The notes under the pieces were generated by a model. The model searched no databases and was not told the origin of the DNA. It saw only the letters and a list, made by a program, of their open reading frames with translations. This document shows positions 34,683-44,372 of a stretch of DNA of 54,252 bases, one piece after another. Source of the stretch: a virus (taxonomy: Duplodnaviria > Caudoviricetes); the IMG/VR virus record IMGVR_UViG_3300038549_000013, positions 1 to 54,252 of that record; one strand, written 5' to 3'. Numbering within the stretch: the first letter of the stretch is position 1; each line of letters starts with the position of its first letter. The position numbers and the translations under genes were made by a program.

Positions 34683-35011
34683 GCGAAACATATTGCGCAA
34701 CCGGCTCGGCTGCTGCTGACAACGCCGTTGTGTTCACGGTGCCATTGGGCGCATGTGAGACTTTCGACACCTTCCAGATCGGCAGTACCGCTGGAGCAAT
34801 GGATGTGTTTGGGTCTGGAGACGGCACCACTTTCCTGAGTGACGCCATCGCGATGATCGACCTGAATTCGACAACGCCAGCAACTGCTGTAGTTGAAACC
34901 ACGGCAGGCAAGCATTTCGGTTTCCGTGGCAAGTACCGTGCGATTCGGGTGCTGCAGAAGGGCGTGACAGCAGTCGTTGGCGCTTACCTCAACGCCTATC
35001 AGGCGCCTTGA
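34679..35011 (+). CDS. small beta-rich protein, probably structural
   Basis: 110 aa, with GS.DG..F and YRAIRV. Confidence 0.6.
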   Translation: MSETYCATGSAAADNAVVFTVPLGACETFDTFQIGSTAGAMDVFGSGDGTTFLSDAIAMIDLNSTTPATAVVETTAGKHFGFRGKYRAIRVLQKGVTAVVGAYLNAYQAP

Positions 35012-35014
35012 TTC

Positions 35015-35461
35015 ATGCCAGCTGGACGACCAAGCGGCTTCGACCCGGCCATGTGCGCTGTGGCGAAACTACTCACAAAGAACGGCGCCACCGATCGCGA
35101 GGTGGCTGAGAGCCTTGGAGTTTCAGAGAGCACCGTCCACATCTGGAAGCGCGAGCATCCAGAATTCCTACAGTCCCTAAGGCTGGGTAAGGACGAGGCT
35201 GACGATCGTGTCGTCCAGAGCCTTTACCGTCGAGCTACAGGCTACAGCTTCGACAGCGAGAAGATCTTCCCGCCCAAGACCGGCAAGAAGCCAATCCGAG
35301 TCCCCTACGTCGAGCACATCCCTCCCGACGTGACAGCATGCATTTTCTGGCTCAAGAACCGCCGCCGCGAGGAGTGGCGCGATCGGCATGAACTGACATC
35401 GCCGGATGCGGTGTCTTTGCTGGACGTGCTCAAAGCGTTGGCAGAGAGGCTGCCGGTATGA
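35015..35461 (+). CDS. terS: terminase small subunit
   Basis: AGRPS.F, GATD.E.A..LGVS.ST...WK..HPEF, SLY.RA.G, PPD.TA.IFWLKNR; upstream of terL. Confidence 0.85.
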   Translation: MPAGRPSGFDPAMCAVAKLLTKNGATDREVAESLGVSESTVHIWKREHPEFLQSLRLGKDEADDRVVQSLYRRATGYSFDSEKIFPPKTGKKPIRVPYVEHIPPDVTACIFWLKNRRREEWRDRHELTSPDAVSLLDVLKALAERLPV

Positions 35462-35582
35462 GCATCGCTGCTTGGCCAACATCCGCCGTACAGAGCGCAG
35501 TGCAAGGCAGGCATAACTCTTTCATGAGCGGATCGATGTATGGCCGGCCCGTGTATCTCGCAATCGTCCAGGGGAGTCAGCG

Positions 35583-35933
35583 ATGCCCGCCAAGCGCAAA
35601 GTAACCGATGGCCACGCCCAGCTGTTCGCGTTGGTGTTCTTTGCTCGCCAGCAGATCCCAACGGACAAGGAGCTCGCGAAGCTCTCGGGCTGTGCTCCTG
35701 AGACCGTGCGCAACTACATGCGCATGATGAGACAAATGTCTGTCGGTTCGCGTGCGGCGCCGGCAGGTACGATGTCGATCGATGGCTGCCTTGCCGAACT
35801 CAGTAATCACACCCGAGGTCCAGAAATGCCTGGACCGCTGGTACCCATTGGCCGCAGCAGGGCAGACGCTCGAGAGCGGGCTGCGCGGGCATCCGAGACA
35901 GGATGCGCTGGTCAGGGAGCAGCGGCGGTTTAA
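35583..35933 (+). CDS. small HTH protein overlapping the terL 5' end
   Basis: IPTDKELAKLSGCAPETVRNY, similar to 30541..30822; GGAG RBS. Confidence 0.5.
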   Translation: MPAKRKVTDGHAQLFALVFFARQQIPTDKELAKLSGCAPETVRNYMRMMRQMSVGSRAAPAGTMSIDGCLAELSNHTRGPEMPGPLVPIGRSRADARERAARASETGCAGQGAAAV

Positions 35934-37584
35934 GGTCGTCCCTGCTGGGCGGCGTTGCCTAGAGGCGGGCACGCTGGTTGCGACTCCAAGCGGACCACTA
36001 CCTATCGAGCTGCTGCGCGTTGGTGATGCCGTCATCGGCTACCAGGACGGACGCAAGCAAACGACGGTGGTCACGGCAGTGTGGGACAACGGCCGGCAGA
36101 CTGTCTTCCCTATCTACGATGGTGAGTCAAAGGTCCTGGCGGCCACCGAGACGCACAAGCTATGGGCTTGCCACGAAGACGGCTCGTACTTCGAGCGCGT
36201 CCCAGTCAATCGCCTCGCGAATCATCTTGTGCTCAACGTCGATGGGTTTGCGACTCGCCTTACCGTTGGCGCAGTCCCCCATGTTGCGCAGACCTACGAC
36301 ATCACTGTAGGCAACGACAGCAACCTGTACTGCCTCGCCAACGGCATCGTCACAAGTAACAGCGGCAAGACTGAGCGAGCCAAGCGCTACATCGCGCGCG
36401 AAGCCTTGCGCACGCCAGGAATGTATTTCATCGGCGCCCCGACCCACGACCAGGTGAGGCGCATTTACTGGGCCGATATGAAGCTGCTGTGCTTCGCCGC
36501 GCTTCTTGGCCCGCGATCCATCAGCGAGGTAGATCTCACGATCAAGCTGCCCAACGGCTCGCTGATCTGCCTGATTGGATTCGACAAGCCCGAGCGATTC
36601 GAGGGCGTCCCATGGGATGGCGGCATCATTGACGAGGTGGCGGACCTCAAGACACGCGCGTGGCCTGAGAACATCGCGCCGGCCCTGGATACGGTGGATC
36701 CAAGCAAGCCGAATCGTCGCGCATGGGCGTGGCTGATTGGCGTGCCGGACGGTCTGAATCACTACTACGACCTTGCCGAGTACGCGCGTACCAGCGGTGA
36801 TGCGGACTGGGGCATCTATCACTGGAAGTCGAGCGAGATTCTGCCGGCCGATGTGATCGATGCCGCCAAGCGCCGCATGAGCGCGCGCCAGTTCCGTCAG
36901 GAATACGAGGCGGCATTTGAAGGCGCGAGCGGTCGTATTTACGAGGATTACGGCGACGGCAACCTGACCACCGAGGAATTACAGCGGCACGAGCCGATCG
37001 CATGGATGCACGACTTCAACTACACCCCGCTGTCGAGCGCCATCGGCGCGGTTCGCGGTGGCTCCCTGTATCTGATGGATGAGATCGTGCTGGAGTCTGC
37101 GGTAGCCCGGCAAGCGGCTGAGGAGTTCGCCGAGCGCTACAAGGACCACGAGAACAAGACCGTGACCGTGTATGGAGATCCGGCGGGCAAGGCTGGCGAG
37201 AAGCACGGGCAGGTCTCCAACTACACCGCCATCGAGGCGTATCTGCGAGAGCGCGGTTGGAGCGTGAGCCGCAAGGTCAAAGCTGCGGCGCCAGCCATTC
37301 GCGACCGGCAGAACGCGGTGCGCGCCAAGATCTGCAACGCCGTCGGCCATCGCAATCTCTTCTGCAATCCCAACCGCGCGAAATGGGCGCACAAGGGATT
37401 GAGCACGGTACAGGTCAAAGAGGGCTCGACGTTCCTGGAGGACGACAAGAGTCAGTACCAGCACATCACGACGGCGATCGGCTACTGCGTGGACTACGAG
37501 TGGCCGGTGTTGATCGACGCCAATATCAAGCCGCAGATCGTGGTGCCAGTGCCGAGCGTGAGCCACTTCGGGAGAAATCGATGA
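35782..37584 (+). CDS. terL: terminase large subunit with mini-intein
   Basis: Split Walker A AGRR|SGKT, APT, IIDE, FRQEYEAAF, HDFN, YGDPAG, HITTAIGY. Confidence 0.92.
   Translation: MAALPNSVITPEVQKCLDRWYPLAAAGQTLESGLRGHPRQDALVREQRRFKVVPAGRRCLEAGTLVATPSGPLPIELLRVGDAVIGYQDGRKQTTVVTAVWDNGRQTVFPIYDGESKVLAATETHKLWACHEDGSYFERVPVNRLANHLVLNVDGFATRLTVGAVPHVAQTYDITVGNDSNLYCLANGIVTSNSGKTERAKRYIAREALRTPGMYFIGAPTHDQVRRIYWADMKLLCFAALLGPRSISEVDLTIKLPNGSLICLIGFDKPERFEGVPWDGGIIDEVADLKTRAWPENIAPALDTVDPSKPNRRAWAWLIGVPDGLNHYYDLAEYARTSGDADWGIYHWKSSEILPADVIDAAKRRMSARQFRQEYEAAFEGASGRIYEDYGDGNLTTEELQRHEPIAWMHDFNYTPLSSAIGAVRGGSLYLMDEIVLESAVARQAAEEFAERYKDHENKTVTVYGDPAGKAGEKHGQVSNYTAIEAYLRERGWSVSRKVKAAAPAIRDRQNAVRAKICNAVGHRNLFCNPNRAKWAHKGLSTVQVKEGSTFLEDDKSQYQHITTAIGYCVDYEWPVLIDANIKPQIVVPVPSVSHFGRNR
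35956..36360 (+). mobile_element. 135-aa mini-intein (no homing endonuclease)
   Basis: Begins CLEAGTLV; block B T.TH; block F TYDITV; ends VTSN followed by Ser+1. Confidence 0.9.
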
Positions 37585-37751
37585 CCGCGAAAGAGAAGGC
37601 TGCAGCTGTCCTGACCCTCAAGGACGCTGACAAGATGACCGCGAAGGGGCGCCGGCAGATCGCCGCTTGGCTGCGTAAGCAAGCCGATGCGCTCCAGGCC
37701 GAGGGCAATAACTATGCGAGCCGGTTCCGAGCTCGCTACCTGTACCGGTGA
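37581..37751 (+). CDS. hypothetical protein
   Basis: ATGA-coupled to terL; 56 aa. Confidence 0.6.
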   Translation: MTAKEKAAAVLTLKDADKMTAKGRRQIAAWLRKQADALQAEGNNYASRFRARYLYR

Positions 37752-37755
37752 GTCC

Positions 37756-38013
37756 ATGCCACGAATGCTTCGCGTGAAAGAGCGCGCCGACGGCTGGTCC
37801 GACTGGATGATGCCGGTCATGGCCAAGTACCACATGGCCTGCTGTGACTGCGGGCTGGTGCACACCATGCAGTTTCGCGTGATGCGCGTAGCCAAGAAGT
37901 CCGGCAAGTTCAGCGAGGGCCCGGACGTGAGCAAGAATCACCGCGTGCTGTTCCGCGCCCAGCGCAACAATCGATCCACCGCGGCCGTGCGTCGCAAGAA
38001 GAAGGCAAAGTGA
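37756..38013 (+). CDS. hypothetical protein with CCDCGLVH motif
   Basis: W..W..P......ACCDCGLVH...FR. Confidence 0.65.
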   Translation: MPRMLRVKERADGWSDWMMPVMAKYHMACCDCGLVHTMQFRVMRVAKKSGKFSEGPDVSKNHRVLFRAQRNNRSTAAVRRKKKAK

Positions 38014-38297
38014 GCGACCGACGCAAACTAGGGAAGCCAGACATGCCGCTGTCGACCGACAAGCCCGAGAATGCGCCGGCGCCACGGCCGGTGGTAACAC
38101 AGACGCCAGTCGAGCGAGCGCATACGGCGCAATACCGCGTTGTCTCCGCCGTGGTTGCGCACATGCTGACCGCCCAGGTTGAGGCGCTACTCGCCGAAGG
38201 CTGGCAGCTCCAGGGTGGCGTGTGCACTGGGGAGTTCCATGATCCTGCTCGCGGCCAGCGTGTGCCAGGGCTGCACCAGGCATTGGTGAAGCTATGA
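38010..38297 (+). CDS. DUF1737-like protein
   Basis: YRVV........V...L.EGWQLQGG.....QALVK. Confidence 0.65.
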   Translation: MSDRRKLGKPDMPLSTDKPENAPAPRPVVTQTPVERAHTAQYRVVSAVVAHMLTAQVEALLAEGWQLQGGVCTGEFHDPARGQRVPGLHQALVKL

Positions 38298-38797
38298 GTC
38301 CGAGGCAGTTTCTCGAACGAAACGTGATTGGCATGGGCGGGGTAGTCCCTGCAGGCTGGCAGTATGCTGGCATGTCATGTCGGTATGACATTACGATGCA
38401 TCGACACGTCATCGAGCTTGATGGAGACGTGATTTGCGAAGCACCAGGACACACCGGCATTTGGCAGTGGTGTTCCCATGGTCTAACGGATCATCAAAGC
38501 AAGGCGCTCGACTCTAACGAGCACCTGATTCCAGGACCTGTACAGAAGCCCGAAGGCTTCGACCTGCGCGAGAAGCGCGCATCGAAGAATGGCAGGGCGA
38601 GCGATTGGACGCCGGCCGATGCGGTCTACGAGGCAAGTCGCGCTATCAAAGACAAGGAAGTGAGCGAGCTGGTGGTGTACTGGTGGGAGAAGGATCCCGA
38701 GACCGGCGATCGATTCCTCAAGTTCTGCAACGCCACTAGCAGCCGGCCTGAGCACTCATACCTGCTGCAAAAAGCGCTGGCACAGGTCATCGGATGA
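38294..38797 (+). CDS. hypothetical protein
   Basis: 167 aa, coupled to the portal gene. Confidence 0.6.
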   Translation: MSPRQFLERNVIGMGGVVPAGWQYAGMSCRYDITMHRHVIELDGDVICEAPGHTGIWQWCSHGLTDHQSKALDSNEHLIPGPVQKPEGFDLREKRASKNGRASDWTPADAVYEASRAIKDKEVSELVVYWWEKDPETGDRFLKFCNATSSRPEHSYLLQKALAQVIG

Positions 38798-40983
38798 GCA
38801 TCTACGACCGCATTACCGGCGCCGCGAAGGCTCTCTTCGGCAAAGAGAAGGAGAAGCCAGCGCCCGGCACGAAGGCCGCCAAATGGGCCGAGGTTCATGC
38901 TCGTGCGCTCCATGGATTTCGGTCCTCATGGAATGCCACGTGGGAACAGCGACGCCAGTCCTTGGAGGACCGCAAGTTCGGCACGATTGCGGGCGCACAG
39001 TGGTCGGGCCATGCGTTCGAGTTGCAGTTCGAGAACAAACCGCGGCTCGAAGTGAACAAGGTGCATCTCGCCGTGGTGCGCGTCATCAATGAGTACCGAA
39101 ACAACCGCATAGACGTGCTGTTCGCCCCGAAGACCGGCGAGAAGGCGGACAAGATCTCGGATACCTGCGCATCGCTCTACAGAGCCGATATGGAGGACTC
39201 GCTGGCCGAGGAGTCATTCGATACGGGCTTCGAGGAAGCGGCGCTCGGCGGGCTTGGTGCGTGGCGCCTGCGTGCCGTTTACGAGGACGACGAGGACGCA
39301 GACAACGACTGCCAGCGGATGACGCTGGAGCCGATCCAGGACGCCGACCAGCTGGTGTTTTGGGATGCCGACTGCCGCACGCAGGACAAGTCACGCTGCA
39401 AGCGCTGGTGGGTGCTGAATCCGATGACTCGCGATGCCTACCGCGAGGAGCATGACGACGATCCAGCGACATGGCCCAAGGAAAGCTGGAACACCGACGG
39501 CTTCGAGTGGACCACGCCCGATATCGTCTATGTCGCCGAGTACTACGAGCTCGAAGAGACTAAGGATACGGTCGAGATCTGGGAGCAACCGGCGACCGGT
39601 GAGCAGGTTCGCAAGATCAAGAGCAAGCTCGATAGTCAGGTGCTGGAAGAGGGCGAGATGAGCGCCCGCGAACAGCTGGAGGCCAGTGGCTATGTGCTGA
39701 TCGACGAGAAGCGCACGAAGCGACGTCGTATCCACAAATGGCTGATGTCTGGCAATGGTGTGCTGGAGGACTGCAAGTATCTCCCCGGCAAGATCCCGCC
39801 CGTCATCACGGTGTTCGGCAAGCACTGGGTGGTCGACAACCGCGAGCACTGGCAAGGCCATGTGCGACTCGCTAAGGATGCGCAGCGGCTCAAGAATGTG
39901 ATGCTTTCGAAGCTCGCGGAGATCGCCGGCAAGTCGAGCGTGCCGAAGCCGATCCTGCACCCCGAGGAAATCGCCGGCCACCAGAAGATGTGGTCCGAGG
40001 ACAACATCAAGGACTATCCGTATGCGCTGATCAATCCCCTGCGCGATGTTTCCGGTAATCCGCTGTTCGGCCGGCAGATCACGAACACACAGCCGCCCTC
40101 GATCCCGGAGGCGCTCGCGGCCCTCCTGCAGATCACTGAACAGGACCTCAAGGATATCCTGGGCAACCAGCAGGAAGGCGAGCAGCTGCAGCCCAACGTC
40201 AGCGGCAAGCTGATGGAGATGATCCAGGACAAGCTGGACATGCAGGCGTTCGTCTACATCGACAACATGAAGAAGTCGGTGCGCTGGACTGGGCAGGCGT
40301 GGCTGTCGGCCGCGAAAGAGATCTACGTTGAGGAAGGCCGCAAGATGAAGGGCGTCGACCGCAAGGGCGAGCCGATGCCGATCACGATCGGCCAAGAAAC
40401 GGTGACTAAAGATGGTGCACGTGTCGCTGAGAACGACATCACCGGCGCAGAGCTCGAAGCCCGAGTCGAAGTCGGTCCGACCACGGCAAGTCGTCGCAAG
40501 GCGATCGTGAATCGACTGATGACCATGATTCAGTTCGTGGACGATCCTGAGGACCGAAAGGTCATTCTCGCGATGGCGTTCGCGAACATGGAAGGCGAAG
40601 GGCTACAGGATGTGCGCCAGTACTTCCGCAAGCGCATGGTTCGGATGGGCATTGTCGAGCCGACCAAGGAAGAGGCTGCGGATCTTGCGAAAGAGCAGCA
40701 GTCACAGAAGCCTGATCCGAATGAAGTCTACCTGCTCGGCGAGGCTGAGCGGGCGCAGGCCGAAGCGATGGAGAAGCGCGCCAATGTCGTGCTCAAGGTT
40801 GAGCAGGCCAACAAGGCAAAGGCCGAGACCGCCGAGATTGTCAGCAACATCGACCAGCAGCAGCAGGACCAGGCGTTTGAGATCATCGACCGCGTGGCGC
40901 CGAAGTTGACCGCGGCAGCGGAGCAGCCGCCAGCTGTGAATGCTCCAGAGACTGCACCAGCAACAACGCTGAGAGACCAATAA
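38794..40983 (+). CDS. P22-like portal protein
   Basis: 729 aa; GAQW, KPRLEVNKV, EYRNNRI, GG.GAWRL, GHVRLAKDAQRL.N, NVSGK, EVGP, helical barrel tail. Confidence 0.93.
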   Translation: MSIYDRITGAAKALFGKEKEKPAPGTKAAKWAEVHARALHGFRSSWNATWEQRRQSLEDRKFGTIAGAQWSGHAFELQFENKPRLEVNKVHLAVVRVINEYRNNRIDVLFAPKTGEKADKISDTCASLYRADMEDSLAEESFDTGFEEAALGGLGAWRLRAVYEDDEDADNDCQRMTLEPIQDADQLVFWDADCRTQDKSRCKRWWVLNPMTRDAYREEHDDDPATWPKESWNTDGFEWTTPDIVYVAEYYELEETKDTVEIWEQPATGEQVRKIKSKLDSQVLEEGEMSAREQLEASGYVLIDEKRTKRRRIHKWLMSGNGVLEDCKYLPGKIPPVITVFGKHWVVDNREHWQGHVRLAKDAQRLKNVMLSKLAEIAGKSSVPKPILHPEEIAGHQKMWSEDNIKDYPYALINPLRDVSGNPLFGRQITNTQPPSIPEALAALLQITEQDLKDILGNQQEGEQLQPNVSGKLMEMIQDKLDMQAFVYIDNMKKSVRWTGQAWLSAAKEIYVEEGRKMKGVDRKGEPMPITIGQETVTKDGARVAENDITGAELEARVEVGPTTASRRKAIVNRLMTMIQFVDDPEDRKVILAMAFANMEGEGLQDVRQYFRKRMVRMGIVEPTKEEAADLAKEQQSQKPDPNEVYLLGEAERAQAEAMEKRANVVLKVEQANKAKAETAEIVSNIDQQQQDQAFEIIDRVAPKLTAAAEQPPAVNAPETAPATTLRDQ

Positions 40984-41847
40984 ATGCCCACTGAGACCGA
41001 GACCCCTGAGACGGAAACCACGGAAGTAGTACCGGCCGAAGTTCAGGCCGAAGCCGAGCCTGCCACTCAACAGGAGGGAGAACCGGCAGACGCCGAAGCT
41101 TCAGAGCTTGTTGTGTCGTTGGGCGATGAGCCGAGCGAGCCTCCGCCCAAGGAGGAAAGCAGCGTCATTCGTACGCTGCGGCAGATCACCAAGAGTCAGG
41201 CCAAGGAACTGAAGGAATTGCGCCAGCGCGCGGCGCCGGCCGAGGATTCGCCCACGGCGAAGTTGCGAGCCGAGCCGACGATGGAAGCTCACGACTTCGA
41301 CGCTGATGCTTTCAAGGAGGACTGGCGCAAGTGGAACTCCGAGAAGGCTGCATTGGAACGCGCAGCTGAGGACAAGAAGCGATCGAAGCAGCAGGCGGAA
41401 GAGAGCGAGCGCGCGGCATGGAATGCCAAGCTCGAGGTTCACGCCAAGCGCAGGGCAGAGCTTCCCGTGAAGGACTACGATGCTGCCGAAGAGACAGTCT
41501 TTGACCTGTTGGACGAAACACAGCGCGGGATCGTCATCAACTATAGCGACAACTCAGCGTTGCTGGTATACGCTCTCGGTCGTAACCCTGCGAAGCTGTC
41601 CGATCTCGCGGCGTGCAAAGACCCAGGTGCGTTCATCAAAGCGATGACCAAACTGGAGAGCAATTTGAAGACGTCCAAACGCCGTCCTGAGACCAAGCCC
41701 GAGACGCGCATCGAAAGAGGTGCGGCCGGGGTTTCCACCAGCAGTGCATCGGAGCTCGAGAAGCTTCGTGCTGAGGCCGAAAAGACCGGGAATTACACCA
41801 AGGTCATGGCCTACAAAGCTCGGTTGAAGACTCAGGCGGCGAAGTAA
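40984..41847 (+). CDS. scaffolding protein
   Basis: Acidic N-terminus, LVYALG.NP, LEKLR.EAEKTG.Y.KV.AYK; lies between portal and coat. Confidence 0.88.
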   Translation: MPTETETPETETTEVVPAEVQAEAEPATQQEGEPADAEASELVVSLGDEPSEPPPKEESSVIRTLRQITKSQAKELKELRQRAAPAEDSPTAKLRAEPTMEAHDFDADAFKEDWRKWNSEKAALERAAEDKKRSKQQAEESERAAWNAKLEVHAKRRAELPVKDYDAAEETVFDLLDETQRGIVINYSDNSALLVYALGRNPAKLSDLAACKDPGAFIKAMTKLESNLKTSKRRPETKPETRIERGAAGVSTSSASELEKLRAEAEKTGNYTKVMAYKARLKTQAAK

Positions 41848-41848
41848 C

Positions 41849-41880
41849 GCTTCGCTCTCAGGCATCTCCCTGAGCGAAGC
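41849..41880 (+). promoter_or_regulatory. hairpin in the scaffold-coat spacer
   Basis: gcttcg/cgaagc and ctcagg/cctgag stems; no T-tract. Confidence 0.45.
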
Positions 41881-41908
41881 CCGAACAACTTCGCGCAGGG
41901 TCAAATAG

Positions 41909-43183
41909 ATGTCGAATGATTTCAGCAAAGAGGAACGCGTAGCCTTCGAGTCGATCCTCGAAGGGTTCCAAGATGCGCTCATCCTGAGTCGCATGGTCAC
42001 CAAGTACAACGTCGATCCTCAGATGAGTGAGCGATCCTCGGATGTGATCTGGCGCCCGATGCCTTACATCGCGCGGTCTTTCGCCGGCCGCGATCAGACG
42101 GCGAACTTCCAGAAGAACACCCAGCTGTCCGTGCCGAGCACAATCGGATTCGAGCGCAGTTCGCCGTGGACCATGAGCGCCACCGAGCTGCGTGATGCTA
42201 TCCAAGAGGGCAGCATTGGCAAGGCCGCATTCCAGAAACTGGCCTCCGACATCAACACGGCTGTGATGGATGTGGCGAGTGCCCAAGGCACGTGCGTCGT
42301 CACCAGCACGACCTCGGCTGTCGGGTTCAACGACATCGCACTTGCCGAGGCGGTCTTCAACGAGATCGGCGTGCAGACTCAGGATCGGCACATTGCCCTG
42401 TCCACGCGAGATTACAACGGCATGGCGAGCAATCTCGCGAACCGCGCGGACATCTCGGCCCAACTGTCTCAGGAGGCATGGCGCCGGTCCTACGTCGGCC
42501 AGGTGTGCTCCTTCGAGACATGGAAGCTCGACTACGCCAACCGCATCGCCGCCGCAGCCGGCGGTGGCTCGATCACGATCAGCACTCTGACTGCGAGCGC
42601 CAACAACTACGTTCCGCGCAGCACCCGTACGGCTGTCACCGGCGAGTCGACCAACGTCGACAACCGATTCCAGCAGGTCACGGTCTCGAGCACCACGAGC
42701 GTTGCCGCTGGTGACTGCTTCACCATCGCCACTTGCGAAGCCGTGCACCTGATCACCAAGCGCGCCACGGGTGTCCTCAAGACCTTCCGAGTGATCTCGG
42801 TCGACAGCTCCACTACGATGACCATCAGTCCGCCGATCATCAGCGGAGCCGGTGGCACCGATGCGGAACTGCAGTACCAGAACGTTTCCATCGGCACTCG
42901 CGCATCGAACTCGGCCATCGTCTTCATCAACTACGATGCGGCGGCCATCAACCCGTTCTGGCACAAGGATGCGATCGAGCTCCGGCCGAGCAGCTACGTG
43001 GTGCCAGAAAACAGCGGCGTCAGCGTGATGCGCTCGACCACCGACAACGGCATTGAGGTGGTGTGGACGAAGGCCTTCGACCAGAAGACTTTCGAGACCA
43101 ACTTCCGCGCTGACGTGCGGTTCGGCGTCACCAACAAGCAGCCGGAAATGACCGGCATCATGCTGTTCAGCCAGACCCCGTAA
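41909..43183 (+). CDS. P22-like major capsid protein
   Basis: N.FSKEERVAFE..LEGF.D, WRPMPY, QLSVP, ELRD, KLASDIN, KQPEMTGI.LF.Q. Confidence 0.93.
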   Translation: MSNDFSKEERVAFESILEGFQDALILSRMVTKYNVDPQMSERSSDVIWRPMPYIARSFAGRDQTANFQKNTQLSVPSTIGFERSSPWTMSATELRDAIQEGSIGKAAFQKLASDINTAVMDVASAQGTCVVTSTTSAVGFNDIALAEAVFNEIGVQTQDRHIALSTRDYNGMASNLANRADISAQLSQEAWRRSYVGQVCSFETWKLDYANRIAAAAGGGSITISTLTASANNYVPRSTRTAVTGESTNVDNRFQQVTVSSTTSVAAGDCFTIATCEAVHLITKRATGVLKTFRVISVDSSTTMTISPPIISGAGGTDAELQYQNVSIGTRASNSAIVFINYDAAAINPFWHKDAIELRPSSYVVPENSGVSVMRSTTDNGIEVVWTKAFDQKTFETNFRADVRFGVTNKQPEMTGIMLFSQTP

Positions 43184-43211
43184 TCCGGGCTTTCATTCAG
43201 AGGTTCAACAC

Positions 43212-43856
43212 ATGGCATCCGGATACGTATACCCGCTGGCTACCAAGACCATCTCGGTTGCGGCGTCGGCGAAGATCGGACTCAAATCACAGGGCAAGTT
43301 CCGCGTGTTCCAGCGCGCGGGCTACCCGAACGTGCCGCCCTCGCGCGTCTTGCTCGGAGAGTACAGCAACACCACTGTCATTCTTGGGACGTTCTCTACC
43401 TCGGTCGCGACCGACATCGACGTGGAGGCAGTCGAGGCCCAGGTTTTCTACGACACGGGCACGGCGCCGGACGTGAGGCAGCTTGATATCGAATACCAGC
43501 CGACTCCAAGCGCCAAGACCGTTGCTGTCACTCTCACCGCGGCAGAGTTGCTGACCAAGATCGTTACCGGTACCCACACCACCGGCTCCACGGCGGCCTA
43601 CACGCTGCCGACTGGTACGCTCATGGATGCGGCGGTCGACTTCGACGTGAACGATAGCTTCGACTGGACCCTGATCAATCTGTCGGCGGCGGCGGCCGAT
43701 ACGATCACCGTCACTGCCGGTACCGACCATACCGTGGTTGGCACGATGGTGTGTCAGTCGGCTCACTCCACGACAGGACTCATCCACGGCAATGCGCTGC
43801 AGTTGCGCACCCGTAAGACCGCGGCGAATACCTTCGTCACCTATCGGCTGGGCTGA
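43212..43856 (+). CDS. probable capsid decoration/structural protein
   Basis: Follows the coat gene; Thr-rich, TLTAAELL, YTLPTGT, RKTAANTF..YRL. Confidence 0.65.
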   Translation: MASGYVYPLATKTISVAASAKIGLKSQGKFRVFQRAGYPNVPPSRVLLGEYSNTTVILGTFSTSVATDIDVEAVEAQVFYDTGTAPDVRQLDIEYQPTPSAKTVAVTLTAAELLTKIVTGTHTTGSTAAYTLPTGTLMDAAVDFDVNDSFDWTLINLSAAAADTITVTAGTDHTVVGTMVCQSAHSTTGLIHGNALQLRTRKTAANTFVTYRLG

Positions 43857-43861
43857 TCCTT

Positions 43862-43879
43862 GGGGCGCTTCGGCGCCCC
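43862..43879 (+). terminator. GC hairpin with cUUCGg loop (weak terminator or processing site)
   Basis: ggggcgc-ttcg-gcgcccc; poor T-tract. Confidence 0.45.
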
Positions 43880-43886
43880 GCCTCTT

Positions 43887-44372
43887 ATGGGCTGGACCAA
43901 GCGCCAATTTCTGGAAGCGGCCTACGAAGAGATAGGCCTCGCCGGGTACATCTTCGACCTGTCTCCAGAGCAGCTACAGACCGCGGTCCGGAAGATGGAT
44001 TCAATGGTCGCGTCATGGAATGCGCTCGGCATCAGAATTGGCTACCCGGTCGCCAGTAATCCCGCCTCGATCGACATCGATCAGGAGACAGGCGTACCTG
44101 ACTCTGCAAACGAAGCCATCTACTGCGGCCTCGCAATGCGCCTGGCGGGTGGCCTTGGTAAGCAAGTGACCGCACAGACCGCGGCGACGGCTCACAATGG
44201 CTATACGGCAATGCTCACGCGCGCTGTGCAGGCCATCCCGGTGCAGATGCCGCGCACGATGCCATCGGGCCAGGGCAATAACCGCTACCTTCAGGGGCGG
44301 GTTTTCGTGAATCCGCCATCTGAGTCGATCGATACCGGGCTCGATGGCCAAATCGATGACATCGAGGTTTGA
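43887..44372 (+). CDS. P22 gp4-like head-tail adaptor
   Basis: WTKRQF...A.EEIG, LSPEQ, GIRIGY, LAMRLA...GK, MPSGQGN. Confidence 0.85.
   Translation: MGWTKRQFLEAAYEEIGLAGYIFDLSPEQLQTAVRKMDSMVASWNALGIRIGYPVASNPASIDIDQETGVPDSANEAIYCGLAMRLAGGLGKQVTAQTAATAHNGYTAMLTRAVQAIPVQMPRTMPSGQGNNRYLQGRVFVNPPSESIDTGLDGQIDDIEV

Noticed and set aside
39391-42964. Long minus-strand ORFs (334 aa, 368 aa)
   Set aside because: They are antisense shadows of the portal and coat genes.
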